DNA of 64,000 bases from Macrostomum lignano (taxonomy: Eukaryota). Positions 27,702 through 40,428 of the stretch are shown here, piece by piece. The translations under genes and the position numbers were made by a program. The stretch spans positions 1-64,000 of the forward strand of contig NIVC01000769.1 of assembly GCA_002269645.1 (NCBI GenBank), read 5' to 3'. Numbering within the stretch: the first letter of the stretch is position 1; each line of letters begins with the position of its first letter. The notes below the pieces were generated by a model. That model was given only the letters and a program-made list of their open reading frames with translations. It had not been told where the DNA came from and did no database searches.

Positions 27702-27712
27702 TAATACCCGAC

Positions 27713-29397
27713 GGGATAGCGACGTTTGCCAGCCGACGTTTGCCTGCGGGACGTTTGCCAGCCGACATTTGCCAGCCGACGTTTGCCAGCCGACGTTTGC
27801 CAGTGGGACGTTTGCCAGCCGAAGTTTGCCTGCCGGACGTTTGCCAGCCGACGTTTGCCTGCGGGACGTTTGCCAGCCGACATTTGCCAGCCGACGTTTG
27901 CCAGCCGACGTTTGCCAGCGGGACGTTTGCCAGCCGAAGTTTGCCTGCCGGACGTTTGCCTGCGGGACGTTTTCCAGCCGACGTTTGCCTGCCGGAAGTT
28001 TGCCAGATAAAATTTGCTAGCCAATATAAAGCGAGTCAGTGAAAAATTTGATACTGAAATATTCGCAGTTTAGCGGTTTGACAAAAACCGTTTTTACTCC
28101 AACTTTTTGACGGTTATTCGCATATATACAAGTTTGCAAGCAAAATATATAAATTTTGCAGTTCACCAGTCTAACGTCCAATATCTAGTTTAACAACGAT
28201 TTTGGCACAACATATCAAAAGATGAACATTGGGTTTGCCTCGTATGAAAGCAATAACAATTGTTGTGCGGAAAAGATGAAAACTTCCTATCTCCCTATGG
28301 CCTTCAAAACATTTTTCATAGATTTCGAGTGCTGCGTACTTCTACTTTAGTAGTCCTTGGCATGACTAAGCTTTGCATACGTAGTGTCTAGCGCTTGCTA
28401 TTCTACTAGCTTGCTACTGGCGGCTTGTCTGGCTATTCAGCTATATACATGTAGCTTACTATAAAAACGTACCGCATTCGACTCGTCTACACTACACATG
28501 TACGTTGAGATCGCGGTTTCCTTGCTTACTTGAGTAGTAATACAACAGCATTGGAATCAATTTGCTTACTTTTAGATCTCCCAATGAACTGAGAAATATA
28601 TGAGCCAGAATTACCGCTCAGCAGCTCTTTTTGTTTGCCTCATAACTTAATCGCTGGAGATTCCCGTTGTAATCTGCGCGTCTTCTTTCGCACATCAAAA
28701 ATCAAACACCTCAAACTGGGAAAAACGATACACAATTGTCAAAAGTAAACAATATTTTCACATTCAAAGAAAATCGTTGTTAAACTGGATATTAGATGTA
28801 AATCTATATAAATTGCATAATTTATATAGATTTTGCATAAATTTCATAATTTATAGATTTTGCTTTCAAACTTGTATATACATGTATGCAAATAACCGTC
28901 AAAAAGTTGGAGTAAAAACGGTTTTTGTCAAACCGCTAAACTGCGAATGTTTCAGTATCAAATTTTTCACTGACTGGCTTTATATTGGCTAGCAAATTTT
29001 GGCTGGCAAACTTCCGGCAGGCAAACGTCGGCTGGCAAACGTCGGCTGGCAAACGTCCGGCAGGCAAACGTCAGCTGGCAAATGTCGGCTGGCAAACGTC
29101 CGACTGGCAAACGTCCCGCTGGCAAACGTCGGCTGGCAAACGTCGGCTGGCAAACGTCGGCTGGCAAACGTCGGCTGGCAAACGTCCCGCAGGCAAACGT
29201 CCGGCAGGCAAACTTCGGCTGGCAAACGTCCCGCTGGCAAACGTCGGCTGGCAAACGTCGGCTGGCAAATGTCGGCTGGCAAACGTCCCGCAGGCAAACG
29301 TCGGCTGGCAAACGTCCCGCAGGCAAACGTCGGCTGGCAAACGTCCCGCAGGCAAACGTCGGCTGGCAAACGTCCCGCAGGCAAACGTCGTAGACCC
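27713..29397. mobile_element. MULE (Phantom/foldback-like) non-autonomous element with 15-bp satellite arms
   Basis: GGG...CCC termini, long inverted arms (27713-~28205 / ~28770-29397) starting with (CCGACGTTTGCCAG/TG)n arrays, perfect 9-bp TSD ATACCCGAC (27704-27712, 29398-29406). Confidence 0.92.
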
Positions 29398-30795
29398 ATA
29401 CCCGACTATGCGACTTGCTTTCTGACTACAAGTTGCAGGCAGCTCTTTAAAGCTGACACAAAGTAAAGTCAACCATAGAAGTATATGCGCTTCTGGACCT
29501 TCGACAGGTCAATTTATGGAATTATGTGCGCTAAACATAAAGGAAGCTCATCTGGTGAACTTGAAGCAGCCAGATTTCATGTCCTTAATTTTCCCGCCTT
29601 GCAAGTTTTCAGTTCCTTCCTTATAGAAACAATTGGAATTTGAAGGTTTTCGTGTCTTGCACTTATGGGAGTTTTATTTACTCATCAACCATCTTGCATA
29701 ATTCGATGGTAGAATATATTTTATTCATAGGTTGATAGTACGTTTATTACACACAAAGTCGATAAGCTTGAATTTTTTGCTTTTTCGTTTTGACAAACTT
29801 TGAGGAAAAACAAAATCGCTGAAATACATCTTATTTTTAACAGACAAATTCTGTACACAATGTCTGTTGTATAAAGTGCAATAATTTAGGTACTTGTAGA
29901 GCCAGCACTTGCAGCCTCGTTTTGACGCACTAGTTCTCTGGAAAAGCAAGTGCAGCAAATCCTAATGGATGAAATAATAAAAACTAAATACAGAATTTAT
30001 CAAGCCAAAAAGAGCTTCATATTTACCTTGCTATCCGCGCTTTTTCGGCAGTTCTTTCGAGTTCTGAAATAATTAGAGAAAAGGAATCTTAATCATTTAA
30101 GCGCTTCAGGTTCGTTCACAGCCATCAAAAAGACCATTATTTTGGTGATCACAGTTTGTACATAATTTTGTGTCGTTTTGAATATAAACCAGCTGTCAGT
30201 GTAACTTGATAGCTCAATTAATGGCGATGTGAACGAGCCTTTATAAAAACTCTCGTATAGGGCATAGCGTACTTGGGGATAGCTAGAACAGTACAGCAGA
30301 GGTAACACTCAAACGCAATATAGCAAAGCAGGCCCAGGTGGTAGGGACAGGTAAGGCTAATAATATTTCTAATACAGCAATTAAAGAATTAATTGCTGAT
30401 CCATGGATCAAAGACCACAGAATAAAGCTCTAAAAAAAGCGTGTGAATATTGTATAAAGTAATTTACAATAAACTATAACTTTTTATTGTTTTTTGCTTT
30501 TGCTTTCATTTTTCTTTAAGCCTAATTTTTTGTTTATTTCTGCTACACTGACTGCTAGAAGACTGGTCCATGAAATGCTTCCGCTTTTTTCTTCAATTAG
30601 CTCGTAACCAGCTCATATATCTAACAAAGGAGAAATTGATAGTTTTCATAAATTTTTATAAACATTTTTCGCACTACTGAGAAAATTTCCAACATAAGTA
30701 GGTTGCGCGAATTTTAATTCTTTTTGTAGCAAGAATCATTATTGAACATTCTGTGGTTCAAAACGGACAAAAATGAGATAAAAGTAAAGCCATTG

Positions 30796-31731
30796 CTATT
30801 GTGAACTCTCAGACGACAGACGTGAAGCAAAAAGTTGTAGAATAGATTTCCAGGCTATTTCTAGAATGAAATTATGACCTGCTCGGCAATTATGCAGCTT
30901 TGTAAGTTTTTTGCTGGGAATTGATTTAACAATGCATCTAATCAGCTACTAAGTAAGCTGATGCCCACCTTTATCTTCTCTCTGCCGCCTACCTCTGAAT
31001 GCAGGGTGAGAATTGCAAGATGCGATACAGGAGCATGCTTATACGAGGGGTGCTTTTCACAAGACCTAAATTTCACAACGCCTAGCTAAAATTCACTGTA
31101 AGATCACTGTAAGATTCACATGACATGAGCAACCTTGGGAATCACTCGGCCGTTTCTATTGGCAACACACACATGTAAGTCGCTATTGGCTGAGAGCAGT
31201 CACGTGACTACTATTCTGTCCAATAGCGACTTACATGTGTGTGTTGCCAATAGAAACGGCCGGGTGAATCCCTAGGTTGCGCCCAAGCATGAAGATTCAT
31301 AGACCTAAATTTCACATCACCCAAACTCTAATTAGTATGCCACTTCACTATGCTAAATTCTTAAAAAATTTGAACCATACCATTTCACAATTCAAAACTT
31401 CACTTCAAATTTAGAGAATTATTATGTAGGCTCAAAACTTTTTGGTGATGTGAATGTTTGGTTCTGTGAAGTTTTGGCATAATAAAAAAGTGTTTTTGGC
31501 CAAAAAGCATCCATTTCAATACAATACCTAAAATTCACAGTACCTCAATTATGAGAAAGTTTAGATTTAGCCAGGAAATGAAAATGCACACAGTAAATTA
31601 ATCTCACCAGCTTTTCTCTCTTGATATGTGCGAGATGTGTCCCAGTAGATAAATCCAAAAGTTGCTGTCACAGCAATTACAGATGCAGGCGACACTGTGA
31701 GAACAGCAACCAACTGTTTAGCTACGTTCAT
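30796..31731 (-). CDS. Candidate 62-aa single-transmembrane microprotein, two coding exons
   Basis: Exon 31608-31751 (TTTTGCAG acceptor, GTGAG donor, ATG at 31731) joined to exon 30796-30860 (TTCATTCTAG acceptor) gives MNVAKQLVAVLTVSPASVIAVTATFGFIYWDTSRTYQERKAEIAWKSILQLFASRLSSESSQ*. Confidence 0.5.
31129..31280. mobile_element. 152-bp hairpin MITE
   Basis: 61-bp near-perfect inverted arms (31129-31189 / 31220-31280) around a GTCACGTGAC palindrome. Confidence 0.7.
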
Positions 31732-34700
31732 GGTGATCAGTGCTTGGCATGCTGCAAAATTAACATTTCAGTCCTGTAATTTCTCATGATAACTTTAAAG
31801 CACAAGAGAAACAATAAGATGACATTATTACATGTATTTGAAATATGGTTTTTAAAGTAAAAAACCTGATTAACTGAAACAAAATCAAAGTAATCCATGC
31901 ACTGCAGAACAGGGGGAATAGTGGAAAGTTGCCATGTCATTGACATATTTAGATAGATACTAGCAATCTGCGCCCCCATATTGAGGAGGCAACCATTGCC
32001 CACATGTATACCTTGTAGTTGTACAGTCAGTATTGTTAAACTCTTAGGGAAAATAATGCTTAATACAGAGAGTATCCACTCAATAAGCTAGCAATCTAAA
32101 GAAAGCTTAAGCTTAAAACCTCTATGAGTTTTGTCTTCAACATCTGAGCAACCCCTAGGAGTTTGAAATCATTAAAAATCATTTTAACAATACCCACAGA
32201 AACCTTGGCATTTTATTGATTTTCCTGAACCATGGAATTTTAGCAATTTTCTTTATGAGTCTAGAAATCTCAGAAATTTCACCATGAGCCTTGAAATCTT
32301 AGGGCCTAACAATACCCTCACAAGCCCTGACATCTTAGCAATTTCCATGTAAATCTTTTGTTTGGGAAGGCAATTTTTTATAATTAACCTTAACCCTAAC
32401 CCTGACTTTGTATTGGAAAATGTAATTTTTATGATTGGCCAACTGTCACAATTTTAGATAGACCCCCTGACAATGCTATAATGCAGGAAAAGAGGAAAAG
32501 AGTGGTTTATAAAAGAACTTTTTAGCCTCTGACAAATTTATAGCTTTCAAAAGAAGCTTTGCAGTCTATGATAGACTCAAATAAGATAGGTCCAAGCATA
32601 GCTAAGCATGCAAATAACATGTGCCACCGAGTAGAAGCCAAGCAAATATTCTCAAATATGAGATAGTGCAACATGTTACAACTGACATATATGTATATCT
32701 TAGCCAATTAGCCAGTGGACTAAGGTGTTCAGATGAGACAAATATTTGGAATATTTTAATTTGATCAAATTGACCAATATTTTATTTAAATCAGAATTAG
32801 AAAGTTGACAATCCAGACTAAATAGTTCCTTTGATGTAGGGCAAAGATTTGGAACAAGTCAAGAGTTAAATATTGGTGTTGTGGCTCATAAATGGGGGGG
32901 GGGAAGTAGGGATGAATAGGAATTAGAGGATTAAAGACTAAGAAGTTTGCATTTGAAGAGTTGAGTTTTTTAGGGGTTGTGGGATTGTGGCTCATAAATA
33001 AGAGGGAATTTAGGATAGGATAGAATATACTACATCTTGAACAAAAGGCAGAGGTGCTTGAGCAGTTGCAAGCATATTATTCTCAGATTGAATAGTAAGA
33101 CTTTAGGAGTGTTAGAGGCTTAGAAAAGTTTATGGAACATAGATTTAAAGGCACTTACTCCTACAAATTCAGAGGGGTATGGTTGGTTTTTGGTGTAGGT
33201 GTATTTCATTAGACAAGAAATAAAGATGCAAGCCTTTTGGTTAAGGGCTATTAAAGGGAATAGGGCTAAATGTAAAATACCATATGCTTCTAGCAGTGAG
33301 TAAAACTAGACATTTCTATACAGGCTTAATCATTGCAATTTAGGGCTTTGCCAAAACACTTACCTTATCTATATAGAACACACCAAAAAACTTTGCCAAC
33401 TCCTTGATGCATACTATGCAAGCAATATTAGACTGCCTATGACCTTGTTGCATGCAAGAATTTTCCCCAAAAACAATATAGGAATATGGGTCATATGTAG
33501 GTGTTTTTAAAATATCATTTATTTTTGTTTTCTAAATTAACTTTAATTTTTATTAATAGAGCAACGAGATATTCTATTTGTTGTTGACTTTACTAGAATA
33601 TATAAAATATTCTTATTTTATTTTATTATATATAATTATTGATGCTAAATACAATCCTTTTCTAGAATCCTAGACTAAAACTAAAAATCAAAATCCTAGC
33701 CTAAAATTTTACTTAAAAAACCAAATTGTTTGATAAATGAACGTTTATTGTTTAGAGCAAGCATATTATAAGTAGAACTCAGAGGAAATAATATTGGCTC
33801 TTTTTGTTTTAAAAGGTAAGTATTTAAAGTTTTAAATTATATGTATATTTGATTTAATTAAAAACTAAAAGCAACAATATAATTTAATTTAAGGTTATAT
33901 ATAAGTAAAATAACAAAATATTTATCATAGAATTTTGTATATACTCAACTTACTATACAATTTCAACATAACTTTTATTACATTATTTGATACCCAAGTA
34001 GAATTTATTCCAAAAACAAATAAGGCATTCTGTATAGAAAAAATTATATATACATAGCCTAGATATATACAAAACTTCATTAAAATTATAAAATTTTATG
34101 CAAAGGCCTGACTCCTAAAAGAGCTTTAGTAAATTAATATTGGTGTTAGTATTATCATTGCAATATTTAAATCCAATATTATGTGCACTTTTTGGGAAAA
34201 AATCTACTGTTCTATAAACCCTTCTTGGTCAATTTTTTTTGTTTTGCATGCTTGATATACAAAGTACACCCTAGTATAATGCTAGATTATATAGGCCTAG
34301 TTATATTACCAAGTAGGGGCCTACTAGACCCTAGGCTAACCAATCTCTAGTTTAGAGCTAATAATATTTTAAAACTATAAGTCTAATTTCATTAGTCAAA
34401 ACTTGCACAATAAGCTAAAAAATAAAAATGTAGCCCTAACATTATTTACTAATATGACTATTTATGACATGACCTCTTACCCATTTTGCAAATGGTGGGG
34501 TATATGCCGGAAAATTCCGGCATACACTTGATTTCCGTGGTGTACACCAATGTACATTTCTTGGCTATGTACAGTGTGGCATATAGTGTGGTGTATGGCA
34601 ACTGGCATAGAAATTAATATAAAGAATTTTTTATGCTTTTTCTGTGTTAAGTTATTTCAAAAACCTTTTTTTCTGCTACTATTTTCTCATTTACCAATAA

Positions 34701-36667
34701 TTTTAATTACTCAGAATTGTCACGACGATCATTATGTCATTATCAATTTTTTGTAGTTTAAATTTAAATTTAAATATTCGTTGATTTTTTTTACCATTTT
34801 TTAAGTTGGCATACATTTCAATAATAAATTCAATAAAAATGTGTCCAGCATACACAGAAAATCTTCCACAATATGGCCTCTTACTATTGTGTTGCACTTG
34901 CACTAGGCCTTGCCCCCAATGCAAAAAATCATTACAATTCATTAATACTCTATCCTTGGTAGTATTTCTATTTGGTTTAGGTCTATATCGTTTTTTTAGC
35001 TAAGCTACTTTTAGCAAGCCTTTTGACAATAGGCTAATCTTTCTACTTAACTAGCCTACGCATAACACAGCATCCATCAATGGAACAGATGTCAGATCAC
35101 TTAGTTAGTCAGATGGGCTGGCAGCTATGGTATTAGTGAATAAAGCATTAGGCCTATTCTATATGCACTCTCATATTTTGAAAGCATCATTGTACGTTTA
35201 TACTTGTAATTTTACATGTAGAGTTTCAAAGCCATAATAATACACTACAATTAATTGGTCAATATGTTCCAAAGCCAAAGCAGATCTAGGCTTTTCACAA
35301 AGATTGGTTCCAGAACCAGAATAATTCCAATTCCAGAAACAAAGTAGGAAAATGAAAAGCGTCGAACTTTTCTATTCTATTTCTGTCTAATTATATTGCT
35401 TCTCAAAAGATGAAAAACATTTTTATCTAAAATCGAGAAACCAGTAGGGGCCTATTCTTTTAAAATGTTATTTCAAATTCGTCCTTTTGTTGCTATAAAA
35501 ATGCGACAACGGATCGAGAAAATTTCTCGAACCGAATTCCAGAATAGGATCACGGTTCTGGAACCGATCTAAAATCGGAACGGACAATATAAAAAGCTTC
35601 AAACCGATTCTAGTTCTGAAATCGGTTATATGAAAAGCCTAATTGTGTGAAAAAAATCGTATTTCGTATAAATCTTTCTGAGAAGAAAAAATTTCTAAAT
35701 TACTGCACGACAACGTTTAAACAAAACACATTTTTAAAGAAAAAATCAACGCTTAAACCTAAAAGGAATTATTTAGTTTTTATTTTAGTTTCGTTTATTA
35801 TTCTATAAGAATTATAACTTTTATAACTGAGGTCTGCAAAATTGTTCAATTATCTTTGAATGGGCAGGCTGGGTGGGCCTGTCCACAGGCTTCTTGCCTG
35901 AGCCAACTTACTACTACTACTGTCGCAATTTTGAATAACTCAAATTTCGACTGCTGGAACCTACCTAACTCTAGCCTTAACTGTTAACCCTATATTGTTT
36001 GTCTCATTCTAACCCAGTCTATGAGCAACCAATCTCAGCCAGCCTATTTAGCACATGGTGTTAGCCAGAGCTGGGTTTTAATCACACTCCTCTTTTTACA
36101 AAATTCGATCAGTCGTCTGATACATGTATATACATGTACGAGCCATCTATCCCGATTCTCATCGAAATGGTTTATTTCAATGCCACGGACTTTCAAAGTC
36201 ATTCTAATATGCAAACTTCTAATTGTACATTGACAAGCCAAATTATTTAGCTTTAAATCCCCTAAGGAAACTGAGTACAGGCCATTCAAGTAAGTAAAAA
36301 GCATTGAACCACACAATCTACCCTTCTATCTATGCGCGCTGGACGCCGCGCTGTGCCTGTAATAGAACAAAACTGCAATAACGCAAAAAATATTTAAGCC
36401 AGCTAAATAGGGCTCACAAATTCAACTCGAGGAAATCCGAAAATATAAGATAAACTAAACTTAATCAATCAAATTTTTGGAGAATTAGTTTTAACATGGT
36501 CGATTAGATTATATCAATCAGGTATTTAATTCTCAAAAAATGCATGCCTCCTGTATAATCGGGGGACTCTTGGGTGATTCCTGCTGCAGTGAATCTTTAA
36601 TTGGCAGGTTCCAAAGCAACTCGGCCAACTCGTTCGAACAAAATGTAGCAACCACACGCATCACAGG

Positions 36668-39009
36668 CAGTGGCGCGTCCAAGGGGGGGCTAGGGGGGGC
36701 CTGGGCCCCCCAATTAAGCCATGGGCCCCCCTGTGGCCCCCCCCCAATTAAGCCACAGGCCCCCCTGTGGCCCACCCCCACTTTCAGTTTTTTTCACTTT
36801 GGATTTTCCAAAAAATAGTTTGAAAAACCATTTTTTTTCTTTTTTGCAATTTTAATTTTAGAAACAATAGTTTTTATACGAGCACTTGTAAGTTGTTGAA
36901 ACCTGTGGATCTTGAACCCATGGAATTCCAATCTCCGGAATTATTTTCGCACATATTCTAGAATTTGAAGTCATACTCAAACAAAAACTTGTTAATAGTT
37001 AGGATGGAGATGAACATAAAATGGAGTAAATTCATGTAAAATTAAGATTTGAGGCAAGCATTGATCTTGTTGGCTAGGATGCTGTGCAGAATATCAGGCA
37101 ATGTCGATCTAAAACATGTATTGGAAAAGTCAGGAAAACTCTGATCTCTGCCTCTCTCTACATGTACATCCCTCGGATCCTTTGAAACTTCTATCTTTGC
37201 TTCTGTTTCCTCTCTTTTCTCTCATCTTTCGTCTCTCCTGTCATCTCTTCTTTCCTCTTTCTTCTCTTCTCTCTCCCCTCTTCTTTTGTCTCTTCCCCTA
37301 CCTCTCTTCTCTCACGTCTTTTCTCTGATCCCTCCTTTCTCTTCTTTTATCTCTGCACTCTTATCTCTTCACATTTCTCTTTTTTCTTGCCTCTCTCTTC
37401 TCTCATCTCATCTCTTCCCTGTTCTTTCCTCTCTCCTCTTTCCTCACTTTTTTCTCTCTGCTCTCCTCTTTCCTCTTTCCCCTCTACTCTCATCTCTTCC
37501 CTTTCCTCTCTTTTCTCTCCTCTCTTCTCTTCTCTCTCATCTCTCTCATCTCAAATCTTCTCTCTTATTTCCTCTCTCCTCTCTCCTCTTACTTATCTCT
37601 CTGCTCTCCGCTCCCCATCTTTCTTCTCTCTACTTTCTCCCCTCTCCATTCTCTTCTTTCCTCTCCCCTCTCTCCCCTGTTGTCGATTCTCTCCCCTCTT
37701 CTCTCTTTACTCCACTTCTTTCTCCCTTTGTATCTCTTCTCTGCTCTTACACATTTTTCTTCTCCCTACTCTCTCCTCTCATCTCCATAATCTCTTCTCT
37801 GTCCTCTGTTCTCTCTACTCTCCCATCTCTTGTCTGTTTACTCTCGTCTCTGTTCTCTGTTCTCCTCTCTCTCTTCTGTCAACTTTAATCTCTTATATGT
37901 TCTCTCATGTCTTTCCCCTGTACTCTTTTATTTCCCGTCTTTGACTCCTCTCTTTCCTTTCTCCTCTCTTCTCTTCTCTTGTCTCTTCACTTCTCTCTCC
38001 ACTCTCCTCTCTCTTCTCTTTCATATCTCATTTCTTATTTCTCCTGTCATCTCTACCACCTTATCTCTTTTCTCTTAACTTTACTCTTTCGTCTCTCATA
38101 TTTCTTCTTTTATATCTGCTTGCTCTCTTATCTCTTCTCATTTCTCTCTGCTCTCCACTCTCTCCTCTCTCCCCTCTTCTCACTTCTCACTCTCCCATCT
38201 CTCAAAACTTCCCTCCTCTTCTCTCTCTCCTCACTTCTTTCTACTTCTCTGCTCTCATTTCTCATCTCTCCTATCTATCTCCTCTCTCCCTGATCTCTAA
38301 TCTGTACTATCCTTTTTAACATCTCTTCTCTCTTCTCTCTGCTTGCTTATCTCCACCCTTTCTAATCTCTCCCTTCTCCACTCTCATCTTTCTACTCTAT
38401 CCTATCTACTCTCTCCTCTCTCATCTCTACTCTCTTCTATCTGCTCTCTACTTTCTCCCATCTTTTCTCTCTTCTCTCATCTCTACTCTTTTCTATCTCC
38501 TCTCTTTATCCTTTATCCTATCTACTTCATCCTATCTACTCTCTCCTCTCTCATCTCATCTCTCTCATCTCTCCCTCTTCTCACCTCTACTCTCTCCTCC
38601 TATTTATCCCTCCCTACTCTCTCCCCTTTCCTCTCAGTAAAAATATATACTTTGCAGAGATTAGCCAATAATTAAATGAACCAACAGAGTTTTTTTTGAT
38701 GAGAATCTGCCAGGAAAAGTAAACTGTAAAGTTAAATGAATTTGTGTTTAGCTTTCTATTCAAAAATTTTCCAATTGCAAATCCTAAAAAGTGTTCTTGG
38801 GCAAAAAACATTTAGAATGTTAGTTAAATCAACTTAGCTATAGCATTCATTCTTTGCGAGATCTTTTTTGGATGTCATTTTTACTTTTCGGTAAAAATTA
38901 GCTTTTACAATAATTAAAAAACTCAATTCAAGATGCTGGCATTGCCCCTTCAGTTTTTACTGGGCCCTAACTAGGCCCCCCCATCCTGAAAACTCTGGAC
39001 GCGCCCCTG
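36668..39009. mobile_element. Non-autonomous hAT element carrying a long polypyrimidine tract
   Basis: CAG(T/G)GGCGCGTCCA TIRs, GGGCCCC subterminal motifs, perfect 8-bp TSD ATCACAGG (36660-36667, 39010-39017). Confidence 0.92.
37140..38635. repeat. ~1.5-kb CT-rich low-complexity tract
   Basis: Strongly pyrimidine-biased + strand, degenerate (CT)n/(CTCTT)n with scattered A. Confidence 0.95.
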
Positions 39010-40209
39010 ATCACAGGTTTTACGAGCTCCCAGGTCGGCCACCATGCAGCTTCTTTCTCGACAAAGTTTGGAGCTGTAGATAGCTGTTGCCTGATTTGGA
39101 CCTTCACAGCGCTGTGGGCCATCTTACAATTCGATTCAGAAATGGCGAATGGTGAATGATGGCGAATGCATGGAAGCAGCGGCAACGAGAACTGAGTAGT
39201 TGCCGATTTCCAGCGATTGTGACACCTTAATGGAACATACCCGGTGGACCGTCGCAAACAACTACAACTCTTGCGTCACCAACTTAGCCATGAACTTGCT
39301 CAACCATAGCTCGTTGACAACTATTGGAAACGTGACCTTGTCTGGCCACCGCGGAAAACCTCACTCTTGACCAAGCCATTGGAAGTTGAGCACAGGGACT
39401 ACTCAATAATTGATTGGTTGAGCCATGGAGAGAGACAAATGACAGAGCATGTGCGTTTGTGCTTTGGGTAAGAAAGAGTTTCGCGTAGGCTGACTTTGAT
39501 TGTAAAAAGAGAGCATGTCGTGGTAAAACCCAATTGCTCTGGCTACACCATGTGCTATGGGCTGGCTAAGATTGGTTGCTCGTAGGCTGAGCTAGAATGA
39601 GAAAACCAATACTAAATCCAAACCTATAAACCTTTTTCCCAATTCTTACTTAACCTGAATATAGAAGTCAAATAGCTAGCTGGCAAAAAGTTGCTCATGG
39701 CAGTCAAATTGCGACTGTCAATAGCAGTTGTGCTCCCCGGCCAAATATACATTTGGAAATCCATGAAGGAGAGAAAATCGCATTTTAATTACAATTGAAT
39801 TTAAATGTGATGAAAGTTTATGTGTAAGAGTTTCTATCTCAACTTAGTTTTCAGCAATTTTTAAGTTCTATAAAAATTCATCCTTTGCGAGAGAAAAATC
39901 CATCTCCTCAAAGGAAGCAGACTGCTAAAGAGTAGAGTTCAAATTAAAGAAAATCATGCAGTATGTAGAAATTGGTGAAAATATAGCTGATATTGTTATG
40001 TAGAGAATGCATGGAATTCAACTTTGAAAGTCTATACAATATAAAGATCATGGTTTGGGCCATAGACACCGCGCAAATTTTGGACTGAAAACTCAACTGA
40101 GACAAGCAAACCCACAGAATACACCAAACTGCCCAATCAGCTGGTTTATCTAAAGTCGAAATAAAAAGCCATATACGAGTATATTAACTCCTGAGGTGAA
40201 GAATAACTA

Positions 40210-40428
40210 ATGCTTACGTCGGAAGAAGAGGTCATGGCTGTTGTCGATGGCTGTGTGTCAGAAGCTACTAAGAAGAAAGCTACTTGGGTGGTCAACACAT
40301 TCATGGAATGGCACAACGAAAAGAAGACACAGTGGGCGTCTGGCGAGGAAACTGGACTGATGGTGCTCAAGGAGCTGCATGAGATGAGCAAATCGGATCT
40401 GCAGATGCTTCGACCTCAAGGACTCTGA
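40210..40428 (+). pseudogene. Crypton-type tyrosine recombinase N-terminal fragment
   Basis: SEEEVMAVVDGCVSEATKKKATWVVNTFMEW...LHEMSKSDL resembles the N-terminal core-binding domain of Crypton / ZMYM-KCTD1-type YRs. Truncated by a 51-bp tandem duplication (40427-40528). Confidence 0.6.

Noticed and set aside
27689-29472. Many overlapping ORFs of 83-155 aa (PADVCQ/TFASRR repeats)
   Set aside because: Artefacts of stop-free 15-bp tandem arrays within the MULE arms.
32388-32404. TTAGGG telomere-like repeats (AACCCT)n
   Set aside because: Only 2-3 units; common inside TEs.
37286-38675. Long Leu/Ser/Phe-rich ORFs
   Set aside because: Translation of the CT low-complexity tract.
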